From: Verrucomicrobiia bacterium
GTDB lineage: Bacteria; Verrucomicrobiota; Verrucomicrobiia; Limisphaerales; UBA1319
Length of the DNA: 64,000 bases
Assembly (NCBI GenBank): GCA_963664225.1
Contig: OY760937.1
Location: 4,256,001 to 4,320,000, forward strand
Direction: 5' to 3'
The translations under genes and the position numbers were made by a program. Of the stretch, positions 8,895 through 18,791 are shown piece after piece (the stretch's first letter is position 1; every line of letters begins with the position of its first letter). Under the pieces are notes generated by a model. It did no database searches, was not told where the DNA came from, and saw only the letters and a program-made list of their open reading frames with translations.

Positions 8895-11800
8895 TTAAAA
8901 TCCCTGAGTGGTTACGCGGTAAAAGCGCGCGGCGTTTTGGTTTGTGTCTTTGATTGAAATCATGCGGTTGGTCGGCTGGATAGGGCTGACGGAGAGGTCA
9001 ATCCATGCGTTGGTTGCCAGCGGGTTCAACTGGTCCTTGTATTGGAGACGATAGAGACGGCTGGCCTCGGCGGCGAATGTGAGGATGGGTAGTTTGTCCG
9101 TCGGGTCCAACTGGACTGCGAGATGGATGGTTGCGGGAGTGACGGATGTCACGACGCCCGGGGTGGGGGAGGCGGACTGCCAGTTTGCAGGATCGTTACC
9201 GTAGAGTTCGGGGTGAATGCGTTGGAGCGATGAGTTGGTGGTGACAAGGGGCCAGGGCGCCGTGGTTTCGTATCGCACCAGATCCTCCGAGAAGAAAGGT
9301 ATGCCGTTGGTTTCGGGGATTTCCGGAGCGCGCAGTTCGAGCGATTCGCCGTTGGTCTGCAATTGGCCGGTGTATTGGTAGATCTGAATTGCCGTCGGAA
9401 TATTCCGGGCAGTGCGGAAGATGGCAGGGTCGCCAGCGGTCAATAAAACCATGCCGCCGGACGGCATGGAAACGCCTTGGGGAAACACAAAACCCAGACC
9501 GTTCATGCGCCAGGTATTGGTCGGAATGGCGGGGTCGTAGAGAGGCACCGTTTTCTGCGAGATATTGAGCAATTCGACAAAAGGCGTTTCACCGGTCGCG
9601 GGAGCGTAATCAATCTCGCTGATGACGATGGGTCCAACGCGCGGGCCGGAATTCGTGGAGCCGCCGTTGCTCAAGGTGGCGGTGGCCTGGGGCGGGAATT
9701 GCTCGAGACCGACGCTGTTGATATAGCGGCCGAAGGTTTCCCCGCGGGCGGCTCCGGGCAAGGAGAAGCCGTGGCTGTAGCCCGTGAGTTCATGCGCGGC
9801 GTTACCGGAGAAGAGATAAACCTCGCCGCCCAGAGAATTGAGACGAAAGCTCGTGGCCAGGCCTGGGGGCGCGTTGAATTGAGATTCGTCAATGGTGAGG
9901 AACGCGCCGGCGTTCAGATTCGTGGCGTCTGGAATGCGGTATTTCCACGGATAGGAGGCGTCATCGGTTAGAAACCATCCACCGATATCGGCCGTGGTGG
10001 AGGTTGGATTCCATAGTTCGATGGCCTGTAACGCGGGCGCAATCGGATTGGAAAGAATCTCGTTGATGACGACATTGGGAATTGTGGTGGCGGGATCGAC
10101 TGTGCCAGGGGAACCGCCGGGTTGGGCGCTCGCGAGGTAATGCCCGGGATTGGATTCATCCAGCACGAGCGAGAATCCATAACCGCTGGCAGCGACCGGC
10201 CACGGGGCGCGGTTGCTGTAGGTGACCGAGAAAATCACATCGCCGAAGGGGTGACTCAGAGTGATCGTTTCCCCTGCATTATCCAGTTTGCCGGTATAGA
10301 GGCCTTGAACATTCAGACTGGGGTATTTGGACTGTAATGCGGCGATGTTACGGCCAAGCACAAAATACTGTCCCGGTTTAAGCGTGGTTCCGTTTGTAAA
10401 AGTGAAGGTGATTCCCGCAGTGAAGGTCAATCCGCTGAGATCGAGAGTATTTGTGCCCGTATTCTTGAGTTCGAGAAACTCCAGGTCGCTGCCATCCGTG
10501 GTTCCCGAGCTTGGGGGATTATACATGATTTCCGAAATCACCAGGTGCTTCTGGAGATCCGAGACGAGGTCCACCATGGACGGCGTGAACTCAATCGCCT
10601 GAGACCAGTTGCTCCAGCGACCGGTGTTGTCCTTGTAACGGACGCGCGTGCGGTAAACATGGTTGGGAAGCACACTCACGGCGGGAACTTTCATGAGATT
10701 CGTGAACGTCGTGATTTCCCCGGAATCCCAAACCGGATCCCACTCCATTTTGATTTGGGCGGGATCGGACGCGGGCGTGTTGGTGGGGGTGATTTCGGCC
10801 ACACGCCATTGCATGGCGGTAAAGGTCTGGCCGGCCTGGGAATTGGTGAAAGTGGTGGTTTGAAAGAGCAAACCAGACACGGCAAAACGGGCTGCGCCGA
10901 CGTAGGTGATTACCGGTCGTGCGGGAATGGTCGCGTCCGCAGCGAGGCCGTCCAGCCGGGTGATCCAGCCGCCCGCGCCGATGCTGGAACGATCCACCCA
11001 CCAGGGATGCGAGCCGCCCTTGAACATGAAGTCCTGCATGTCCTTAACATAGGCGTTAACTCCGCCGCTCAGGGCCGGGCTGACGAATCCCGCTCCGGAA
11101 CTGAGCGAAACGTAATTGCCGCCGGACGCCGGGGCGTTGGACCAGCGCATTAAATCCGCCGGAACGAAATCGCGGATTTGCGCGGCAAAGGCGTTGATGA
11201 GCGGGTTGATCTGGTCCGGTTGAAACACCAGGTCGCGCAGTTCACGAGCGGTGTTCGCATATTCGATTGCGAGATCGGGATGACTGGCGGCGAGGAAAAT
11301 TCCGTTAAACGTGAGGTCTTGTCCGCCGTTCCAGGTCGGGCCCCATGTGGAATCCGTATCCCAGGGGAGCGTCCAAAACCGTCCATGGAAATCGTTGGAA
11401 GCGGAATAGGGCGGTTCGAAATACCATGCCGCGTTTTTATTGGCGTCCGGCCAGAAATCATAATTTCGGACCGCCTCGCAAATCACATGGAAACGATACC
11501 ATTCGGTGCAATTGACATGGGCTTTGATCCAATCGGAAGTTTGGGCGCTGAGCAGGCCGCGTTGGATGGCGGCGCCGTCCGAGCCGTCGTTCACGGCCAG
11601 CGGACCCTGATAGCGTTGCTGGCCGAGCATGTCCAGACCGGCGTCGTAACTCATCGGGGCGTTGATCAATTTGTAGAGATTGCCCTTGGGCATTTTGTGG
11701 GCGTCGAGAAAACGTCCGTCGTAATCCTCCTGCGCCCAATTCAATCCCCAGAAATCACCGGCATACTGACTGGGCGCTTCGATTGCGCCAGTGATGACGC

Positions 11801-14800
11801 GGTAGTGGAAATAGAAGGTGTCGGGCGCGGGGACGCCGACCTTGTTCCAGAGAAAATAATTGACAGACTCGTTCAGGCTGAAGGTCGGCACCAACCGGTT
11901 GCTGGAGCCTTTGCCGGTCGTCAAATGGGTCCATTTGCGTGGGAAAAGCCGGCCGTTCTGGTCCTTGGCGGCCAGATAATGACCGCTGTTTAACGCGAAC
12001 CGCCAGTTGCGCTTGCCGGGTTGATAGCGACCATTGGCCCCGTGCAGACGATAGCGAATATGGTCATAGACCACGCCGTCATAGACGATGGTGCCGGGCC
12101 AGTTAAAGGCGTAACGCGAGAGGTGGGCCAGACCGGTGTTGGCAAATTGTGGGAGTTGATAGAAGCCATCGTAAGCCGCGCATTGGCTGATGTCCTGGGG
12201 CCGGGAAATCACAAAATACACGGGCAGGGTTTGCAGGGTTTGCGAGCTGACACCCTGATATGCGGGGATGCCGTCATAGACGAAACAGGCGAAATTGAGC
12301 GAGGGATCGTCCTCGAAAGGCGCGCGGCGGGAGGCTCCCGGAATATCGGTGATCACAACGCGGTAGCGGACGAGCGAGCGATTGGCCTGGGGCGGGATCA
12401 CGGCGGTGTAAATGTCATCCGCGGCCACGGCGTCGCCATTGGAGCCATCGTCGACCATGGGCAGCGTGGTCCAATTGGTGGGATTATCGAAAGCGGGATT
12501 CGGAGTCGGTTCGAGACTGGGATTGGCGATGAGGCTGCTAACGGGGACCGGCAGGACCGAGGGGAGATAGAAGCCCGGGGCGACCACCTGGTATTGCAGT
12601 TGGACAGAAGCGACGCCATCCGGGTCGGTGACTTTCGCGGTCACGACGATTTGATTGGTCGAGGCCGGGCTTTGCGGCGTGTGGCGCACCTGACGGATGT
12701 TCGGGGGCGGATTCGCGGAAAGAACCGCATTCGTGTGGCCGGGTGTGCATGGCAACTCGACACGCCATGAACTGCCCAGATTGTTATCCAAAGAGGGATT
12801 GACCAGGGCGATCGATCCGCCCTCAGTGAGAATGGACCATGGAAACTCAGAGGTGTAACTGACCTCATTGAATTTCTTACCATTGGCGTTCAAAAGAGTG
12901 ATGGTCTCGCCATCGCTGGACAGGCTGCCGGTCCACGGTCCAAGCGCGGTAATGCCGTAACGGGATTGAATGGTGGACGGACTTTTCGCCACCACCAAAA
13001 ATCCGCCACCGGGAATCACCTGACCCGAAGGGATGACAAAGCTAACGCCGCCTGTGATCTGCCAGAGCGAGACATCGATGGGATCGGGGGATGGGTTGTG
13101 GAGCTCGATGAACTCTTCGGGGATTGTATTGTCCGGCGGGTTGTAATGGATTTCGTTGATGACCACATTCTGCGGAATAATGACTACCGACAAATTAAAG
13201 GTTTGTTCCAGCGACAGGCCGGAACTGTCGGTTGCGCGGACACGAATGGAAAAAGTGCGGCCCAAATCACCGGAATAGATTGCGCTGGTTTTTAGCTGGC
13301 TGCCATCGATTGCAAATTGGGCGTTATCGGCCTGGCCGGGCACCAGAAGAAAGGTGTGCGTGTCCCCGGGATTAATATCCACCGCACGCAGGAAGGCGAT
13401 GGGCGATCCGGGTGTGGCCGCGGCGCTGATATTGGTGGTGCTGAGGACAATGGCCGAGGGCGGGGCGGGTGCGGCCAATACGCGCAGTGAGACCGTGGCG
13501 GGCGGGGAATCGAATTCGCCATCGCTGACCTTGAAAGTGAATTGATCATTGCCGACGAAATTCGTGTTGGGAAGGTAGGACAAATTGGGCGGCGTGCCAC
13601 TCAGGGTTCCGTGGGAGGGCGGTGCAATGACGGTGTAAGTAAGATTGCTACCTTGAGGATCGGAACCGGTCAGGGTGATGGCGCAGGGCGTGTTGGCGGA
13701 TGCGTTAAGGGTCTGGTTGTTGGCGGTGGGGATGCCCTGGTCCACCGCGACGGTTACCTGGGAGAACTTCAGACCCAGAGAGTTCGTGGCAATCAGCGTG
13801 TAGGTGATATTGGTTCGCGGGAACACATCGAGGCTGCCGATGGCATTGGTGATTGAGTTCGTCAGGGGATCGATTGTGAGAAAAGTGGCATTGGTCACGT
13901 TCCACGCCAGAGTGACCGGCTGGCCAATGTAGATCTGGTTGGTGCTGGCGGTGAAGGAATTGATCGTGGGCCGGCCCAGTATGATATGGGCATCGGTGAG
14001 ATCAGAGATGATTTGAACGGCCGCAGCCGGTTCGAGATAGGCGTCGTAAAACCGAATTTCCACCAGGTCGCCAGAGAATCGCCGCGTGCTTCCTCCCTCA
14101 CCGGTGTGGATGGAGCCAATGGAGAAACCCGCATCGTTGCGCGGGGTTTGGGACTGAGTTGCCACGGCATCGATATATAGATTGTCGATGACGATATACT
14201 GCATGCCGGGCCCCCATGTCAGAACGGCGGCATGGTATTTCCCATCCACCAGAGAAGGCGCGCTGCCGGAGTAAACCGTATTATCCGGGCCGCCGATACC
14301 CAGGCCGAGGTGTCCGTTTTCGTCAATGACCGTGCCCCAGTCCTGCGTCACGCCGCCTTGTTCCGCGTCCACGATGCCACTCTTGCCATACCATTGAGAG
14401 CTGCCATTGGCGCCCGGGGCATCGGCCTTGAACACGAAGGCGATTGAGAAATTGGTGAGTCCGGCCACGGGACTATCCTGGTAGGTCTTTAACCAGTTGC
14501 GGTTGAATCGGACTGCGGAACTGCCGGTGGGTGTGGCTCCTTTTCTGAGCAACGGCTGCTCTGCGATGGCAGCCGTCAAAGTACGGTTATTGGTGCTGGT
14601 CCAACTGCCCACGGCGTCACCATCGTTAAGGATGTCCAGGTCGCTTGCCTTCCAGACATCGACCAGATTTGCGCCGCCCGCCGAATGCGGGCAGGCGCAG
14701 AGAAGGGTCAGAAGAAACAGGGATGAAAAAAACGCATGCAACTTGGCGATGGAAGGGAGCGACCCTGTTGACTGGCTTTTTCGAGACCGAAGAAAATTCA

Positions 14801-14807
14801 AAATCAT
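8895..14807 (-). CDS. Giant secreted multidomain protein: LamG, Ig/cadherin-like repeats, several lamin-tail domains, CotH kinase, C-terminal FYRV domain
   Basis: 1970 aa; signal peptide; VINEIHYNP, VISEIMYNP and EFIEL.N lamin-tail motifs; CotH-like NYDFWPDANKN...LPWDTD. Confidence 0.88.
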   Translation of the reverse strand: MILNFLRSRKSQSTGSLPSIAKLHAFFSSLFLLTLLCACPHSAGGANLVDVWKASDLDILNDGDAVGSWTSTNNRTLTAAIAEQPLLRKGATPTGSSAVRFNRNWLKTYQDSPVAGLTNFSIAFVFKADAPGANGSSQWYGKSGIVDAEQGGVTQDWGTVIDENGHLGLGIGGPDNTVYSGSAPSLVDGKYHAAVLTWGPGMQYIVIDNLYIDAVATQSQTPRNDAGFSIGSIHTGEGGSTRRFSGDLVEIRFYDAYLEPAAAVQIISDLTDAHIILGRPTINSFTASTNQIYIGQPVTLAWNVTNATFLTIDPLTNSITNAIGSLDVFPRTNITYTLIATNSLGLKFSQVTVAVDQGIPTANNQTLNASANTPCAITLTGSDPQGSNLTYTVIAPPSHGTLSGTPPNLSYLPNTNFVGNDQFTFKVSDGEFDSPPATVSLRVLAAPAPPSAIVLSTTNISAAATPGSPIAFLRAVDINPGDTHTFLLVPGQADNAQFAIDGSQLKTSAIYSGDLGRTFSIRVRATDSSGLSLEQTFNLSVVIIPQNVVINEIHYNPPDNTIPEEFIELHNPSPDPIDVSLWQITGGVSFVIPSGQVIPGGGFLVVAKSPSTIQSRYGITALGPWTGSLSSDGETITLLNANGKKFNEVSYTSEFPWSILTEGGSIALVNPSLDNNLGSSWRVELPCTPGHTNAVLSANPPPNIRQVRHTPQSPASTNQIVVTAKVTDPDGVASVQLQYQVVAPGFYLPSVLPVPVSSLIANPSLEPTPNPAFDNPTNWTTLPMVDDGSNGDAVAADDIYTAVIPPQANRSLVRYRVVITDIPGASRRAPFEDDPSLNFACFVYDGIPAYQGVSSQTLQTLPVYFVISRPQDISQCAAYDGFYQLPQFANTGLAHLSRYAFNWPGTIVYDGVVYDHIRYRLHGANGRYQPGKRNWRFALNSGHYLAAKDQNGRLFPRKWTHLTTGKGSSNRLVPTFSLNESVNYFLWNKVGVPAPDTFYFHYRVITGAIEAPSQYAGDFWGLNWAQEDYDGRFLDAHKMPKGNLYKLINAPMSYDAGLDMLGQQRYQGPLAVNDGSDGAAIQRGLLSAQTSDWIKAHVNCTEWYRFHVICEAVRNYDFWPDANKNAAWYFEPPYSASNDFHGRFWTLPWDTDSTWGPTWNGGQDLTFNGIFLAASHPDLAIEYANTARELRDLVFQPDQINPLINAFAAQIRDFVPADLMRWSNAPASGGNYVSLSSGAGFVSPALSGGVNAYVKDMQDFMFKGGSHPWWVDRSSIGAGGWITRLDGLAADATIPARPVITYVGAARFAVSGLLFQTTTFTNSQAGQTFTAMQWRVAEITPTNTPASDPAQIKMEWDPVWDSGEITTFTNLMKVPAVSVLPNHVYRTRVRYKDNTGRWSNWSQAIEFTPSMVDLVSDLQKHLVISEIMYNPPSSGTTDGSDLEFLELKNTGTNTLDLSGLTFTAGITFTFTNGTTLKPGQYFVLGRNIAALQSKYPSLNVQGLYTGKLDNAGETITLSHPFGDVIFSVTYSNRAPWPVAASGYGFSLVLDESNPGHYLASAQPGGSPGTVDPATTIPNVVINEILSNPIAPALQAIELWNPTSTTADIGGWFLTDDASYPWKYRIPDATNLNAGAFLTIDESQFNAPPGLATSFRLNSLGGEVYLFSGNAAHELTGYSHGFSLPGAARGETFGRYINSVGLEQFPPQATATLSNGGSTNSGPRVGPIVISEIDYAPATGETPFVELLNISQKTVPLYDPAIPTNTWRMNGLGFVFPQGVSMPSGGMVLLTAGDPAIFRTARNIPTAIQIYQYTGQLQTNGESLELRAPEIPETNGIPFFSEDLVRYETTAPWPLVTTNSSLQRIHPELYGNDPANWQSASPTPGVVTSVTPATIHLAVQLDPTDKLPILTFAAEASRLYRLQYKDQLNPLATNAWIDLSVSPIQPTNRMISIKDTNQNAARFYRVTTQGF

Positions 14808-14894
14808 TACCGCAAAGAGTTATGTGTTTATCGTATCCGCCTGAATATGGTCCGCGCCCGGAGGAAATACACGACCCAAATACACCGATGCACT

Positions 14895-14932
14895 AAAAAG
14901 ATGGCCGGAGCCAAGGCCCCGGCCATCGTTTT
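14895..14932 (-). terminator. Rho-independent terminator after the LamG/TSP3 gene
   Basis: Minus strand GATGGCCGGGGC-cttg-GCTCCGGCCATC followed by TTTTT. Confidence 0.7.
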
Positions 14933-14951
14933 CCCGAATTCCCAACCAATG

Positions 14952-17900
14952 CTATTGTACCAGGACTCGGAAGAACTTATTACCAATGGAGATGTTGTTG
15001 GTATAAGGCGATGCGGCTCCAGTGACTGCCGACCAGACCGCGTTGGTTCCCACCACATCCGCCGACTGCAGGCTGCCCTGCGCCCAGTTGAGGATGTAGT
15101 TGGTCCCCGTCCGCTGGAACTGCAGTGTCACCGAGGTCGGTGTCACTGGTTTTCCACCGGCCGCCACATAATGGAGGCGGGCCTGCGCCTCATTGAAAGC
15201 GTTGGTGTAAATGGCCACTTCGTCGATCAATCCGATGTATTGGGCATTTACCGCGTCACCCAATTGGGTGACTCCCAGATACTGGATCGTGGAATCAAGA
15301 TCCTGGCCACTCGTGAATCCGGCCGGAGTGGTCGTTTCGATGGTTTTGCCCCCCATGGTCGCTCCGCCATCCAGATAGAGTCGGGAGATGCAGGGGCTGT
15401 TGGTGTGCCAGATCTTGCTCATCACCACATGATGCCATTTGCCATCCGTGGCGTAACCGTTGGTGATGTGGGCGTCATGCAGGTCGGAGGTGCTGAAGAT
15501 GAAGTCTCCGAGGTTATTGAAGTTGCCCCAATACATGTCGCCGTCACCCGGGCTTTCATGGGCGAGAATCGAGGGATTCTGCCAGGTATTGTTGCCATTG
15601 CTGCCCTTGAGGGTGGTATTAATCCAATATTCCACCGTGGTGGCTTTGCCTTCCTCGATATCGATTGTCGCTCCACCCGCATCCTGACGGAAGTTGACCA
15701 GTTCGGTTAGCGGTTGACCGAAGTCGATGTATTTGGTGCTCGTGGTGCCGGCGGCAGGCCCGGTGAATTCCATGGCCTTGCCCAAGTTGGTAAAGGCGCT
15801 GGTCTTGGCCAGGTCCGCATCCAGAATGCCACCACCGAACATGATGGTGAAGTTAGTAGCCGCCGATCCGTTATCGGTCAACGGGTTCGCCACCGTGGTT
15901 TCATCGAAACGCAGCCAGTGGGTCGGTTTGTCGGCCATGACTGCGGCCTCGTAGGTTGCCGGAACGACGGGGAAGCTGGCCGCACTATTGGGATTTGTGC
16001 CCAGTTGGATTTCATCCCGGTCGCTAAAGCCGTCACCATCCGTATCCCGTTTCAAGGGGCTGGTGCCGGTGTCGGTGGCGCTGACAAATGTGCCGGTATT
16101 GCTTTCCACACCGTCCAAGAGACCATCGGCATCCGTGTCGGGATTGAGCGGATTGGTGCCCGTGTTGGTGGCGCTGACCCAGACGCCCGTGTTGGTTTCG
16201 ACGCCGTCCTTGAGACCGTCGCCATCGGTATCCGGGTTTTGCGGATCGGTGCCCAGCTTATACTCCTGAAGGTTGGTCAGGCCGTCGCTGTCCTTGTCCA
16301 GGCTGGCATCGTTGACGTTCGGATCGAGTCCGTTGCTCAGCTCGTAAGCGTCGGGCATGCCGTCGCCGTCTGTATCGCCGAAATACACGGAACGATAATG
16401 CGTGCGCACCTCGGTGGGAGAGAGAGCGCGATCATAAATGGTCACTTCATCGAGTTTCCCGATAAACTGGACATCCGTTTGCTCTCCATTTTGGGTGAAG
16501 CCAATATAACGAATGGCGCTATCGGTATCCTGATAACTCACATTGCCAGCCGCCGTCGTGGCAGTGAGGGTTGCGCCGCCTTCATTTGTGCCGCCATCGA
16601 TGTACATTCTCGAGACGCAAGGCAGGCTCACATGCCATTCCTTGACCATGACAATATGGTGCCATTGGCCGTCGGTGACCCTTTTATTCGAGCTATTGGC
16701 GTGAATATCATGCAGGTCGGAGGTGCTGAAGATGAAGTCACCGCTCGAATTGATATTGCCCCAATACATGTCGCCGTCTCCAGGGCTCTCGTGGGCAAGA
16801 ATCGCGGGATTCTGCCAGGTATTATTGCCATGAGTGCCGATCTGGGAAGTGCGGACCCAATATTCGACAGTCGTGGTTTTGTCCACGGCCGGGGGGCGAT
16901 AGTTCACGAGTTCGGGGATGTCCTGTCCCATATCGACAAATTTTGTCGTGGCATTGTTTGCCGCAGGACCGGTGAATTCGACCGCGTTACCCAACGCAGG
17001 CACGATGGAGGTTACCAGGTTTGTGGGGTCGATACCCGCGCCATAGGCGCCGTTGAACGTTGCGCCTGCAGTGCCTGAGTTGACTGCCGGCTGCGTGGGA
17101 TTCGTTTCATTGAAGCGGTACCAGTACAGGGGGGCCGAGTGTGTGATTTCCTGGGACCAATTTCCAACGGGGGGCTGGCTCTTGGCATCGTTGGGATCGG
17201 AACCTGCGGCCACTTCGCCGAAATCATCCCAACCATCGCCATCGGTGTCCGTCTTCAATGGATTGCTTCCGGTGTCGCTGGCGCTCACGAATTTGCCGGT
17301 GTTGGTTTCCACACCGTCCTTGAGTCCGTCACCATCCGTGTCGGGATTGAGCGGGTTGGTGCCAGTGTCCGTTGCGCTGACCCATACGCCCGTGCCCGTT
17401 TCCGCGCCATCCTTGATCCCGTCGTTATCCGTATCAGGATTATTGGGCAGAGTGCCTTTCTGGAATTCCTGGAGGTTGGTCAAACCGTCGGCATCCAGAT
17501 CCAGATTCGCGTCATTCACATTGGGATTGAGTCCGTAACGGATTTCCCACCAGTCGGGCAAACCGTCGCCATCCGTATCCATCAGGTTGAATTGAGTCTT
17601 TTCAGCATCAAACTGGGTTTGAATCTGGGCATCGGTCAGCGTTGTGTCGGAGATGCGAATCTTGGCGATCACGTTGGTGCCAATGCCTGAAACGCTGGGA
17701 AAGCCGTTGTTGTCCGACTGACGGGCCACGCGGAAGGGAAGCGGGAAACCGTTAAGATCGGTGTTAAAGGTGCTCAAGGGGACGGTATTCGTTTGGGCCT
17801 TATTCAGAGCGCCGTCCTTATACAGCCTTTCAACCATTGTGGCGGAATCGTATGTGAAAACAATGTAAGTCCACCTTGAAAACGTCACATTGGTGAAGCC

Positions 17901-18422
17901 GATATCCGCAAATCCCCATCCGCCAAGGCCCCCCCATGTGGGATTGGTGCCGTGACCAAAAGTGCAATTGGAACCGTCGGGCGTGCCACCGCGATGCCCC
18001 CAGGCAACGACTGTTTTTTCATCCTGCGCAGAGGGATCCCAGACCCAGGCCTCGATGGACCGGCTTGCATTGCCACAAATCGAGTCCGGCGCGATCGGGC
18101 CGACGTATGACGTGCCGGTATCCCCGGTGGTGCTGCCGCCCGCAAAGGCCACGGCTTTGACACCATCGACCGTGATTACTTCAGGCACATCGGCCACAAC
18201 GTTGAAGTCCCCGGTCAGGGTTCCGGTATTGAGCCATACGCTCAAGGGCCCCACGGGCTGGCTTGTGGCATCGAGGTTGATGATTGGCGCGCCGTGGGAC
18301 ATCGAAACTCCCATGCCCAGCGACACCATTACGGCCAGGTGCCTGGCTTTGCGGCCGAGCGACCATGGACGGGCCGCAGTCTTCGCTGCGCGCCTCCAAT
18401 TTGCTTTCAGTTTTTTTTGCAT
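14952..18422 (-). CDS. Secreted LamG-like protein with two blocks of thrombospondin-type-3-like calcium-binding repeats
   Basis: Repeated DTDGDGL.DG.E...GTNP..PD; three LamG-like domains ([24 protein letters not shown]); C-terminal FFRV; start placed at ATG 18422. Confidence 0.85.
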   Translation of the reverse strand: MQKKLKANWRRAAKTAARPWSLGRKARHLAVMVSLGMGVSMSHGAPIINLDATSQPVGPLSVWLNTGTLTGDFNVVADVPEVITVDGVKAVAFAGGSTTGDTGTSYVGPIAPDSICGNASRSIEAWVWDPSAQDEKTVVAWGHRGGTPDGSNCTFGHGTNPTWGGLGGWGFADIGFTNVTFSRWTYIVFTYDSATMVERLYKDGALNKAQTNTVPLSTFNTDLNGFPLPFRVARQSDNNGFPSVSGIGTNVIAKIRISDTTLTDAQIQTQFDAEKTQFNLMDTDGDGLPDWWEIRYGLNPNVNDANLDLDADGLTNLQEFQKGTLPNNPDTDNDGIKDGAETGTGVWVSATDTGTNPLNPDTDGDGLKDGVETNTGKFVSASDTGSNPLKTDTDGDGWDDFGEVAAGSDPNDAKSQPPVGNWSQEITHSAPLYWYRFNETNPTQPAVNSGTAGATFNGAYGAGIDPTNLVTSIVPALGNAVEFTGPAANNATTKFVDMGQDIPELVNYRPPAVDKTTTVEYWVRTSQIGTHGNNTWQNPAILAHESPGDGDMYWGNINSSGDFIFSTSDLHDIHANSSNKRVTDGQWHHIVMVKEWHVSLPCVSRMYIDGGTNEGGATLTATTAAGNVSYQDTDSAIRYIGFTQNGEQTDVQFIGKLDEVTIYDRALSPTEVRTHYRSVYFGDTDGDGMPDAYELSNGLDPNVNDASLDKDSDGLTNLQEYKLGTDPQNPDTDGDGLKDGVETNTGVWVSATNTGTNPLNPDTDADGLLDGVESNTGTFVSATDTGTSPLKRDTDGDGFSDRDEIQLGTNPNSAASFPVVPATYEAAVMADKPTHWLRFDETTVANPLTDNGSAATNFTIMFGGGILDADLAKTSAFTNLGKAMEFTGPAAGTTSTKYIDFGQPLTELVNFRQDAGGATIDIEEGKATTVEYWINTTLKGSNGNNTWQNPSILAHESPGDGDMYWGNFNNLGDFIFSTSDLHDAHITNGYATDGKWHHVVMSKIWHTNSPCISRLYLDGGATMGGKTIETTTPAGFTSGQDLDSTIQYLGVTQLGDAVNAQYIGLIDEVAIYTNAFNEAQARLHYVAAGGKPVTPTSVTLQFQRTGTNYILNWAQGSLQSADVVGTNAVWSAVTGAASPYTNNISIGNKFFRVLVQ

Positions 18423-18791
18423 AAGATTTCTTTGCTGGATGAACGGTGATTGATGCGGTACTTCGATCAGGAACTCCAATCGGCCACGGAACACAAACGT
18501 TGGGCGAAATCTCCAAAAGAATGGAATCTCCATGTTGCCGTCCCCAATTCGGGGGCAAATAATGAAGGCATGCGCTTCATGGTTATTGCACCGGATATAC
18601 GCATTGCATTTCAAACGCTTGCATCCGCGGTTTTTGTTGGTTGTATAGGAATGAATACCACGAATGCCCTTCATTCGTCATGTAGCATGAAGTGGGGACA
18701 CGACGAGGGCTAAAATACGAAGCCCCAGCGCCATTGGAAAGGCAGCCGGGGCTCGTCAGAGATCAGTGCTCCAATGACTGGCAACCGCGGT

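Noticed and set aside
15960..17590. Repetitive DNA resembling a spaced array
   Set aside because: In-frame coding TSP3-like repeats with wobble variation, not CRISPR
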